From assembly GCA_051294375.1 (NCBI GenBank), contig CM119265.1, positions 6,891,489 to 6,955,488 on the forward strand: a DNA stretch of 64,000 nucleotides. The letters are read 5' to 3'. The first letter of the stretch is position 1. Every line of letters starts with the position of its first letter. The translations under genes were made by a program, and so were the position numbers. The notes beneath the pieces were generated by a model. The model saw only the letters and a program-made list of their open reading frames with translations. It did no database searches and was not told where the DNA came from. This stretch comes from Paraspadella gotoi (Eukaryota; Animalia; Chaetognatha). Positions 1-10,368 of this stretch are shown in pieces.

Positions 1-1456
1 AGATTCCTCGTAAAAAGTTGATAAAAGAAAATATAAATCATTTTCAAAAATTATGTCATTAAGTAGGTTAAAATTATAGAAAACTATATTTTTAAACCGG
101 AAATTGAAAATCGGCGTCTTAAATATAGTTTTTTACTTTTTTAACCAACATGAAATAATTTTTAAGAAAGAATACTTTCTTATGTTAACTTTTGGCAAAG
201 AATCTAAATCCGATCTTAAAATTAAAAAAATTGCAATTTGAAAGTTTATCCTATTATATACTTAATACTACAGGGTAGTGATTCAAAACTTAGAAAATCC
301 GTATCACTTCATCTTTTTTTATTTTGTGACGCATTGGGTGCATTTAAAGAAAAAAATTTAATTGAAGATACTTAACCAGACCTTGACTATTAAAGCACTG
401 CTACAAAAACCACTCCTGCCACAGCACCCAAAAGAATCACAGCTGCTCTTCATAAACGCTTCTGAAAGATTGAGCCACAGAGACGGTTTACCATATGCAA
501 TGGATATTTTGGTTGAAAGTTATATGGGTCTCCCCCTTTAAAACGCCTTACTTAGCACAGTTTAAGGGAATTCGATGTGGATATTATCAGACCCGAAAAT
601 CATTCAGTCAAAAATTAAAATGTTGCTGCAGCTGAAATCTTTATTTTTTTCAGCTGTATACAACAATGCCCTTGTTCAGCCATGCATAATAACCCCAAGA
701 GTATTGTCTCTTTATACATGTCAAGAAATGGAATCTCCGAACAATATAGTAGACTGCAGCAATGGACTTTTGCCTAATAGCAAAAATATAAGGAAGTATT
801 TAACGTTCATCTGATGCTGAAGTACAGTGCATTCAGCTATTTACTTGATATTTTATACAGAGAGTCCCAACTACATTAGTAATTGATTTCATAAGCTCAC
901 AGAGATGGCACTCAACCAGAGAGGCTGCTGATACAGTGTGAACTTAAGAAAAAAAATTTTTACACCATCTTAGAATAGCTTTTATTTATTAAGGTTAAAA
1001 TAGGTCTTGTTAAACTGTGACAGTTAAATGGCCATAGGATAGTAAAGATAAGATGTCCTAGTAAATATTTCTAAATGGAGTTCTTCATTTGCTCTCTTTA
1101 GAATTTTCCTTTTAGCATAGAAATTAGCTATTAGCGAGCATATTGTTGGTTTTGAGTATGCTGCAATTGCTACCTGCAGCATCCTTATAAATCGCCTTAT
1201 TAGGCTCGGGCTTGAGCGCACGATTTCCCGACTTAGAATAGTAGTTATTCCTTTTTTTAATAGCCTTTTTAATAATATAACATACTGATAGGGAACCCTA
1301 ACATATTTATTAGTGGTTTTAAGCTCTAAACCGGCGTAGAGCAAATTCAACCAATGTTGCATTCTTTTTAGTAGCGCAGCGTATTGTAAGAGCATGAGAA
1401 AAATAAAACTTATATTAGAAACAGAAAACATCAGTAATTATTTTAGTGTATTATAA

Positions 1457-2050
1457 AAATCCATGAAGGGTATAGGTTCCCAACTGATGACCTTCCCATT
1501 GTATAAACATAAAAGATAAAAAATATTCAAAAAAGAAATAATTAAAAAATAGGATAAAGAAAAAATAAAATTTTCATTAAATTATTTTAAAATTATATTT
1601 ATGACATAAAGGTGCCCCTATAGACTTTTCCCCAGTATGAATCCCTATCAGAACATACAATTCTACATGGTAGTCTTATCCCTATTGGTAAAAAAATCAT
1701 ATATAACGTTGGTCCCTCAAAAAATTATCCATTCCCACCCCTTTCTGTTCAGCCTCTTAGATATTATGATTTTTCATTAATGACTTTCTAACAGAAATGA
1801 TGTATGATATCTATTAGAAAACTAGGACAGATAGTAATCTAACCTTGTGTTGTATAGATGCTCCCTCTATTTCCAGAAGACAACACTGACTTCCCCTTCC
1901 CAAATTAAATTATTAGATAAAACATTTTTAAAAAAGAAAGCAATAGATGTTTGAATAAATAATATAGATTAAATACTAAATTCTTCATAAAAATATTAAA
2001 ATAAAAAAATAAAAAATAGTGAAACAAATAATTTGCAAATTTTCATAATA
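1457..2050. repeat. Dispersed ~600-bp repeat
   Basis: Near-identical reverse-complement copy at ~19085-19662 and a diverged direct copy at ~11320-11760. Confidence 0.8.
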
Positions 2051-4254
2051 AATTTTTGCTTATAAAATCTGATGGCAAATACTATTCTAAGTTTTGATTC
2101 ACTACTCTATATATAAATAATATAATATATGATATATATATAAATATAAATAATTAAATATAGCTCACTGGTGCCAACCAATGTATAAAATTAAAAAATA
2201 AATTTACTAAAGTATTTTTATTGGTTTTTATTTTTGTGTTTTATATGCTAAATTTTCATTTTCTAAAATTTTATCATTTTCACATCACTCTAATGTACAG
2301 GGTTCGGATTTAAAACTTAAACCCCATAGGAAAAATTATTATTTCCTGATAAATCTGAAAAATTTAATTTTAGCAATTATTTAATCGATCTTCATGTTCA
2401 TGTTTAGCTTATGTCAGCTCTTCATTTTCCTTTTGACTCTTCCAAAGATGAGTAGCCATTATGAAAGTCTTTACGTTCTTGGTACGACTGTATATTAAAT
2501 AATGGGTCGAGAATGACATAATTTTTGTTACAAGTACAGCTAAGCATCATAATAAATTCGCCCTATACTGCATTATCCAAATGAATTTAGATACTATTAC
2601 ATGGAGCATAATGCCCTTAAGCCAAAATTGATAGAAATTATATCAAAATAAATCTTAGTATATCTTAATAATGTAGTATATTATGCTGTATAAATAAAAG
2701 ATATCGATATCGATTGTCTGGGACCTTATACCGGTAATTATATGGTACTTCAGGCTACTGGAATATACAGCAGCTTCAATTTTTTTAAATTATAAAATAC
2801 TGATTTATATTGTATGCTTTTGTTTTTGTTTTGGCTTATGCGAGAAATTTGATTTTTTGGTTGAGAATTTCTTTTAAGGTATTTTAATAGTCCTACAAGG
2901 TTCAAATTCTTTATCTCACTAACTTTATAAAAGTTACAGAGGCTGATGATATAATTTGTAATTTTTTAAAATTTAATTTTAAAAGAAAATAAAATTCCTG
3001 ATCTCTCCCTTTTATGTATAATACAGTATTTTTACCTTTACAAAAGCTTAGATGAAGTTCCATAGGGCTCTTATCCAGAATATTTTTTTGTTATCACAAA
3101 TATTAATGTATGCTGCAGTATTAATTTGTAGTAATAATTTTTTCATTAATACTATGGGACTTAGAATAACGTCAGGTTGTGGACGTTGAGAAATCCATAA
3201 ACAGTACCGTCTCATTACAACTAGAAAGAAACCCGTGAGGTTGATCATTGTAACTTTTGCATATTTATGTAGTTGGTTTTTAATTATTTCGGCGCAGAAC
3301 AAACATGACTCCTGGTTTTCGGTTGCTTCCCATACTAATGTTTTTCGACAAAACTAAATACAATCCAAAAGATAGAAAAATCCTTAACGATTCTTCCGCT
3401 ATAAAAAATAAAATTTTGTGAAACAATTGTAGGTGGGGGAGGATAAATTAGGGGCTAACTTTCAAGTCCGTACTCTGTAAAAAAAATTTTATTAATATAT
3501 TCCAAGGTTTAGTGAGGGAACAGGCTGAAATTTTTATTTTCTATAAGTTTTAACTATGAAAACTATAAAATAAAAATTGCCGTCATTGTGGTTGTGAAAA
3601 AGCTTTTGACATTCTGATTGCTCAGGCACATACTCCAACGTCTATATCTGTACAGGGACTTCAATCTGGACAGATACGAAAAGACTTGAATAAAACTCGT
3701 AATTCCTTCACTGTATATTATTTTTATAACATTTATTAGTTAGAAAACTACTTGACATTTATGTTGACCTAAAAAAATGTTCAAATTTCCTAATAGTATA
3801 ATCGCAGTCGCTCTCAAACACGGAGTCAGTTTTTTTCAATTTTTTCGTCCAAATTTTAATAGTTTTAACAATTTAACAATTTTTAACGCTGATTATATTT
3901 ATAAGAATAAAAAATTTTGGTAATAAAAAGTCAGTTTGGTGATTTGTTATTATTAAAAAAAATTCTCATATAAAACCTAACCTATTTATTGTGATAACTA
4001 ATTAACTATTATTTATCAACAAAGTCGTCTTTCATAATTTTTTTTCCCCAAACTACAATTTTTATTTTAGTATTATATCCCGGCTCTATAATTCACTTTG
4101 TCGGTCCGCCCCCCCAATCTTGTCGGGCTATCTTTTATAACATGTCAGAACATCAAATTATGATAAATTATGCATGGTAATTATCCTTTCTTTTTCGTTG
4201 TTTGAGAGATTAACAAAGTTTGATTTTATTTTTGCAACGAATTTTATTTTACAA

Positions 4255-4298
4255 GAGCAGACATGTTTCGGCTCACAATACGGGCCTTCATCAGCGCA
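4255..4298 (-). ncRNA. Minimal type I hammerhead ribozyme
   Basis: Minus strand GCG-CTGATGA-A-GGCCCgtattgtGAGCC-GAAA-CATGTC-TGC: intact core, one stem II mismatch. Confidence 0.8.
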
Positions 4299-4320
4299 TA
4301 TGAGTTGTGAACTGGATACC

Positions 4321-4479
4321 CGCCCGCCTCACCGTCAGGTGAGAAGAGGGCCGCCGGCAGGCGCATCAGGCCAGAGGGATATAAGGGTGGCCTTGGGTTT
4401 GTTTCCTCAGGGAACAATACCTGAACCAGCCAACACGAGATCAATCCCATTATCCTCTCAACCCATGACGCACCAATGA
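4321..4479 (+). pseudogene. 3' end of an unknown element-encoded ORF (copy 1)
   Basis: RPPHRQVRRGPPAGASGQRDIRVALGLFPQGTIPEPANTRSIPLSSQPMTHQ*, colinear with copies 2 and 5. Confidence 0.75.
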
Positions 4480-4728
4480 CCCGGCCCCGTCAGCAATACC
4501 TCTCCTTCATAAGACCGGGGGGGGGCCCAGCTCATTTTGAGCTCTTTCTTAATTCTTATATTTCACTACAATCTTTACTTATCTATCCCTCTAAAATCTC
4601 AATTTTCAACTTCTAAATTTCAATTTTCAACTTTTCAATTTCAAAAAATTAATTTATTTCAATTTGTTATTAAACAGTTTCCATTATCTTTATCTATGTT
4701 GTACATTGCTCAAATGTAATTATTTATT

Positions 4729-4772
<44 letters not shown>

Positions 4773-4931
4773 ACCAATTTTCACTTCTTTACAAAACTTA
4801 TTCAAACTAGCCACTTCTAAAAATCTGTCCTCACCACTGATCACTGTCCTTACTCAATTCTTTGTTGGAAACCTTTAACCCTCTCTCTCTCTTTCTTTAA
4901 CTAAAAACTTGTATCAAGTTTACAACTCATA

Positions 4932-4975
4932 TGCGCTGATGAAGGCTCGTATTGTGAGCCGAAACATTTCTGCTC
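4932..4975 (+). ncRNA. Minimal hammerhead ribozyme with mutated stem III
   Basis: CTGATGA at 4936-4942, stem II GGCTC/GAGCC, GAAA at 4961, then CATTTC in place of CATGTC. Confidence 0.65.
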
Positions 4976-5369
4976 TTGTAAAATAAAATTCGGTGCAAAA
5001 ATAAAATCAAACTTTGTTGATAAATTATGCAAAAAAAATGTCCGTCCATCCGTCCCACCTTAGCAAAATTACCAATTACTCGTGATTTGATGGAACGATT
5101 GGAATAAAATTTTTTGTGTGGGTAGGAAAGTGTGTGATTAATCTGGAAATCAAGTTTCGATGGAATCGTCCGAGTGGAAATGATTTAAAATGGAAAAAAA
5201 AAATTTTACGAGGAAGTGTCTGATTGAACAGGAAATAGTTTCAATGGAATCGTCCAAGTGGAAATAAGTTAGAATAGAAAAAACAATATATTTCACTATT
5301 TATTTTTTTTAAATTTTTATATTAGAGAGAGCAAAGAATTTTGAATTTAACAACGATTTTTTATTAGTA

Positions 5370-5414
5370 GTTGGACATGTTTCGGCTTGCTTATTTCAAG
5401 CCTTCATCAGCATA
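5370..5414 (-). ncRNA. Minimal type I hammerhead ribozyme
   Basis: Reverse complement of the 6361-6405 motif: CTGATGA-A-GGCTTG(7 nt)CAAGCC-GAAA-CATGTC. Confidence 0.8.
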
Positions 5415-5473
5415 TGACATTCAATAATAAGTTTTGTGCAAAAGAAGAGTGTGAGAGAGAGAGAGAGAGAGAG

Positions 5474-5849
5474 AGCCCCGCCGCCACCACGCCCGCACAA
5501 TGACTCCCCTATCTCCACTCAACGAGACAGGCGGAGACCCTTGCGCAGGCAATGGGCAAACGATGCCTCTCCCTCTAATGCAGCAACTCAGCCCCTCCCT
5601 CTGCGGACTGAGCGTCGCCCAAAGCGACGGCTTCAGGAGGAGGGAAAGGAGTCCGTCACTCCTGTCACAAAAGTGGCAAGAACGGACAACCGCCCACCTC
5701 GTCAGCAGGCGAGAAGAGGGCAGCCGGCAGGCGTATCAGGCCAAAGAGACATAAGAGTAGCCCTGGGGATCTTTCCCCAAGGATCGCTTCCCAATCCGGC
5801 ATTCATCAGTTCGGTCATACTCTCCTCTCAGCCACTGACACGCCAATGA
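5474..5849 (+). pseudogene. 3' end of an unknown element-encoded ORF (copy 2, longest)
   Basis: Basic, Pro/Arg-rich ~124 aa ending KRRLQEEGKESVTPVTKVARTDNRPPRQQARRGQPAGVSGQRDIRVALGIFPQGSLPNP...SSQPLTRQ*. Confidence 0.78.
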
Positions 5850-6142
5850 CCCGTCATCATCGTCCTTGTCCTTCATTTGCGTAAAACAAGGGGGGCCAGC
5901 TCACTTTGAGCTCTTTCTTTCCCTTGAATTTCACTTTCTTAATCTCCTAATTATCAACTAAAACTAAAAACTACTTTCTTTCATTTTCACTTAACTATCC
6001 CTTAGCTAATTACTTATTTATTCACTAGTTAAATGTTAAAATTTCTCCAATGTTATTTTTTCAAACTCCTTTATCTTTGTTGTACATTGAAAAAATGTAT
6101 CTTTATTATTTATTTATCTCTGTTGTTTTGTTTCTCTCTCTC

Positions 6143-6177
<35 letters not shown>

Positions 6178-6281
6178 AACAAGTTTCACTTCTTTTCACA
6201 ACTCACTCAATCTGTCCTTACCTTCAACCTGTCCTCACATCTGACCACTATTCTGTCTCACCACTTTGTTGGAAAAACTTT

Positions 6282-6325
<44 letters not shown>

Positions 6326-6360
6326 CTCTTCTTTTGCACAAAATTTATTATTGAATGTCA

Positions 6361-6405
6361 TATGCTGATGAAGGCTTGAAATAAGCAAGCCGAAACATGT
6401 CCAAC
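6361..6405 (+). ncRNA. Minimal type I hammerhead ribozyme
   Basis: CTGATGA 6365-6371, 6-bp stem II, GAAA 6392-6395, palindromic ACATGT stem III, GUC cleavage triplet ending at 6401; AATAAA 9 nt downstream. Confidence 0.82.
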
Positions 6406-8528
6406 TACTAATAAAAAATCGTTGTTAAATTCAAAATTCTTTGCTCTCTCTAATACCTATGAACAACGAAAAAGAAAGGATTAACGCATCAATTTTTATA
6501 TTAAATGTAAATTCAAGTTGCGTTAATTAATTATTAATAAATAAGTAATTAATTATTAATTAAATAATTTATTTTGTGATCGAGATTGCTGTTTTGTGAT
6601 TGAGAGACGAGACAAAACTTTTTTGACACGAATTAAAAAAATTAATATTAATTAATTATCTGATCAGCTGCTTACCGCTAATGATCGTGGGCAGATCCGG
6701 CATTGTTTGCTCAAACTTGTTTGATTCTTTTTCGTGATACATTTATTAGAATATCTTATTAAACATAAAAATGAAGCATGAGAAAAAAATTAAATTGTTT
6801 TAATGGTAACTGAAGGATTGATAGTAAGATCCACTTTCAAAGTAAAAATTTCAAAGTTAAAAATGCTTCTTCAGAAATTTACCCTCTGAGGAAAAAAGCA
6901 ACTATCCTACCTAGAATGTTACGAATTGGTGGGAAAAAAAAGTCGAGTATTTTTCTATTATTATGAAAAAATTTTATAACCCGATTGCTCTTCGTTTTGA
7001 TTATATTACAAGTCATTTTGTATCAGTATAGATTGAAGTAATTGTATGAACTAAATTTTTTTAACATTGTTTTTTTCATAAAAGTTTATCTAGTTGACAG
7101 GAAGGTCCTTTTCAAATTCCAATTTTTTTTTTTTTTGATTCGACCATGCCATTGATGAGCACATTACTAAGAAAGTAAGCAAGCTGGACTACTGGGGGTT
7201 GAAAAATAAAAAAACGTCAGCGATTTTTCTACCAGAGTTCAAAATCTGAAGTTGCTATAACAAATTATTTAGCCCCAGTATTTCATCTTTTCATTTCACT
7301 CCCATTTGAAATCCGTGTATATTATATTTTGTCGATTGAATGTTGAGATTTATGTATTTTAATATTACAGCGACAAAAGTGAATGCTCGGGGTCAATATC
7401 TGTGATAGAGAAATGCATCTCTGTAATTCACTTTTTATCGTCGCAATCGCTTGCGATGGTGGACGATGGTCCCCATAAATGGCGTTGTTGTTCCAAATTA
7501 TAGATCGTTTTTTTTGGTCGGATCTGCTTATCAGCAGATTCCGAATCTATAATTCACTTTTTCGGTCCGTTGGTCCCCACCCTCAATCTTGTCAGGAATT
7601 CACTTATATCATTCAGAACTTCGAATTATGATAAATTATGCAAAAAAAATGTTTGTCCGTCCAACAAAAAACACCTATTACTCGTGATTGGATGGATGGA
7701 TTGGAATGAAATTTTGTGTGTGAGTAGGGAAGTGAGTGATATAAAGTGAGTTGGATATGAAGTGAGTTGGATATGAAGTGAGTGAGTGATATGAAGTGAG
7801 TTGGATATGATATGATAATTTGATATCGCATCAATAATTCGTTATCATCGCATCAATAATTCATTATAATTGCATCAATAATCAATTAATCAATAATTCG
7901 TTATCGCATCTATCATTCGTTTTTTTTTCTGATTTTTCATTAATTTTCTTCTAATGTCTGTCGAGATCATTATACTTTAAAATTTTTTTTTATGCGATTG
8001 CGATGATCCTTATGCTTTTAAGATTTTTTTTATCCGTCTCAAAGAGCCAATTAATATTTAACAAAATATTTTGACTCTGTAGTGATCACTCTTACTCATT
8101 ACTTATCTCCTTTTTTTTGGTTTACCTAAAGAATAATTTATTTTGGTTGTTTATATTTTGATATTCCCATGAGGGATTTTTAGTAGAGTAGCAAATAATT
8201 TATTTTATCTCGCCAGAAGGGCTTAAAGCCCATCTTGGCGATATAATCGTTTAGAATTGCTTCTTTGTGCCATCGTCGTTCTTGTCGTCACGCTTTTTTT
8301 ACAATGGGAAATTGTAAAAAGCTAAAAAGCAAAAAAATTAGATATAGCTTTTCAACATCAAGATCTTTTAAAATGATATGTTTCATATCGATTCAAGTAT
8401 TTTTTTATTGAATTTCGTTTTCCTTATGATTTATTTAAATTGTTTGTAAATCTTTCTTTTCGTTGGTAGAATGATTAGACGAAATAACAATTTTCAGTTT
8501 TTCACAACGAATTTTTTATTTAAATGGT

Positions 8529-8571
8529 AGCAGACATGTTTCGAACGTGTATTTCGTTCATCATCAGTGCT
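8529..8571 (-). ncRNA. Minimal type I hammerhead ribozyme
   Basis: Exact reverse complement of 8749-8791. Confidence 0.85.
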
Positions 8572-8596
8572 GAGACTGAATTACAAAATTTGGTAA

Positions 8597-8667
<71 letters not shown>

Positions 8668-8690
8668 ACAAGCTTTATCCCTTTGTCTTT

Positions 8691-8723
<33 letters not shown>

Positions 8724-8748
8724 TTACCAAATTTTGTAATTCAGTCTC

Positions 8749-8791
8749 AGCACTGATGATGAACGAAATACACGTTCGAAACATGTCTGCT
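8749..8791 (+). ncRNA. Minimal type I hammerhead ribozyme
   Basis: AGCA-CTGATGA-T-GAACG(aaataca)CGTTC-GAAA-CATGTC-TGCT: 4-bp stem I, 5-bp stem II, GUC cleavage site at 8787. Confidence 0.88.
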
Positions 8792-9689
8792 ACCATTTAA
8801 ATAAAAAATTCGTTGTGAAAAACTGAAAATTGTTATTTCGTCTAATGATTTATTTAAATATACAAATTAGAATATAGTACTAATTATCAAGTAAAAATGT
8901 TTTTTAAAGTTTTGGGCACTTCCATGTCTTGGGGCTTAGGGGCAAAAGGGCGAATTTAAAAATTCTACCTGAGGAAAAGTATATTCGAAAATTTTATTTC
9001 CTTTTAATTTTATCTTAAATAAAAATTTTAGGGAACCTGGAAAACTTCATTTCATAGCACTGGTAAATTAGTAATATACAAAAATTTGACAATGAAAAAA
9101 ATTTTCTGTAATCTATAGACATGAAATTCTTTTAATAACTACACGCCATATATAATGACTACTTATGCTGGAAGAAATCAGCGAAACGTTTTCCTTTTTT
9201 TTTTTAATTAGTACTAGCGCTTCAGAAATATTAAGAAAGTTGAAAATTTTATTCTGAAAAATTTTATCTTTTAATGCATACGTTTTGAATTATATCTCAA
9301 AAACCATTGGCATCTTTCTTCATGGATCGGCATAAAAATATACAAAAAATAAATTGGTATCAATTCTCTGATGGGGTATATACTTAACCCTAGCATTTTA
9401 AGCGGGTTTTACCTTTAACCCTAACCCAGGCTTTATTTTTAAGCCTTAACCCAAAACCTAGATTGTAATTTATTCAAATAATGATGAAGCGGGCGATTCA
9501 CGCATACTCGTAGGTGTGGTTTTAATTGGTTGACGACTTTGCTATGGCAATATCGCCAGAGCCTTAGCGGCGATTCCAATACCCGTACTGGCGACCTCGC
9601 CAGTGATAAAAGTAATGAATATAACAAAAGGCGCGAATTAAAGGGCCCTTTCTCCAATTTAATTCTAAACCAGGTTTCCATACATTTCA

Positions 9690-9945
9690 GTACCTCTCCC
9701 CAACCCCTAACCCTTACCAGTACTTTTCCTAACCCTAATGCTGTCTTCCTGTTCATCCTAACCTTAAAATTGACATTAACATTAAGCCTAAATGGAACTT
9801 AACTAAATTTAACCCTAACCTTAAACTTCTCAACCCTAACTACTTCTAACTCACCCATAACTCTAACCCAAACTAACTCAACCCTAATCTAAACCTAAAC
9901 CACCTAAACCCTAACCCTAACTACCTCAACCCTAACCTAAGTTTA
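9690..9945 (+). repeat. Degenerate (TAACCC)n telomere-like tract
   Basis: Repeated AACCCT/CCTAA units, bracketed by short IR TTCTCCAATT (~9650) / AATTGGAGAA (~10002). Confidence 0.6.
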
Positions 9946-10202
9946 GTTTAGGTAAAATCATTATAACGAGAATGCTAGATATAATTCACAATTAAATCGC
10001 TAATTGGAGAAGATGTCATCAAAAAATTAAAAAAATATTTTGTTAATTATTTTCATTATATAAATATATTTTTTAATATTAAAATTATTATATGAAATTG
10101 GAATATATAATATTAAATATCTTAATTAAAATATAAATTAAATAATTTAAAAAATACAATATGAATATTTAATTTTTTAAATTATAATTATATACATAGT
10201 AA

Positions 10203-10368
10203 TGGAGCCGGAGTTGGAGCCAGAGCCGAGTTAAAATTTTTGCTGGAGTCGGAGCTGAATTACAATTTTTGCTGGAGCCGGAGCCGAATAAAAATTTTGT
10301 TTAGAGACAGAGCTGAAATTTTGTTTAGAGCTGGAGCCGAAACAAAATTAGGTCGGCTCTACATCTTT
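10203..10368 (+). repeat. GGAGCC-repeat MITE fragment
   Basis: Tandem GGAGCCGGAG(T)/GGAGCCGAA units ending in GTCGGCTCTACATC. Confidence 0.45.

Larger units (their letters stand above)
4175..5017 (+). mobile_element. Penelope-like element derivative (copy 1) with inverted hammerhead-bearing arms
   Basis: Inverted arms 4212-4319 / 4911-5018; 37-nt tail 4175-4211 on the minus strand; TSD TGATAAATTATGCA at 4161-4174 and 5018-5031; internal ORF 3' end 4321-4479. Confidence 0.82.
5325..6490 (+). mobile_element. Penelope-like element derivative (copy 2) with inverted hammerhead-bearing arms
   Basis: Inverted arms ~5320-5473 / ~6295-6455; 35-nt tail 6456-6490 containing GAACAACGAAAAAGAAAGGA; TSD AATTTTTATATTA at 5312-5324 and 6491-6503; ORF remnant 5474-5849. 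Confidence 0.85.
4077..6722 (+). mobile_element. Helentron/DINE-1-like family 1 copy hosting Penelope-like copies 1 and 2
   Basis: Colinear with 33614-34888 once 4175-5017 and 5325-6490 are removed; 3' end GCAGATCCGGCATTGTTTGCTCAAACTTGTTT at 6691-6722. Confidence 0.7.
3653..7044. mobile_element. TA-flanked MITE (family B), interrupted by nested insertions
   Basis: Left TIR CAGGGACTTCAATCTGGA at 3653 and degenerate right TIR ending 7044, with TA on both sides. Segments 3653-4060 and ~6780-7044 match the uninterrupted copy at 62670-63277. Confidence 0.7.
8441..8844. mobile_element. Penelope-like element derivative (copy 3): near-perfect palindrome of two hammerhead-bearing arms
   Basis: Palindrome 8474-8846 centred near 8675; 33-nt tail 8441-8473 (minus strand CAACGAAAAGAAAGA); TSD ATGATTTATTTAAAT at 8426-8440 and 8845-8859. 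Confidence 0.85.

Noticed and set aside
330-1431. Moderately GC-rich short ORFs at the window start
   Set aside because: No recognisable motif or consistent splice structure.
1484-1500. CTGATGA at ~1484 as a hammerhead core
   Set aside because: No stem II-GAAA-NUH follows, and the homologous copy near 19630 has CTGATTA.
4477-4512. Read-through (selenocysteine) of the conserved TGA ending the element ORF
   Set aside because: The downstream frame is not conserved between copies 1 and 2 and no SECIS could be recognised by eye.
8524-8796. Two mirror-image 71-aa ORFs (MVADMFRT...RERERE)
   Set aside because: Artefact of the palindrome and the (GA)n tract.
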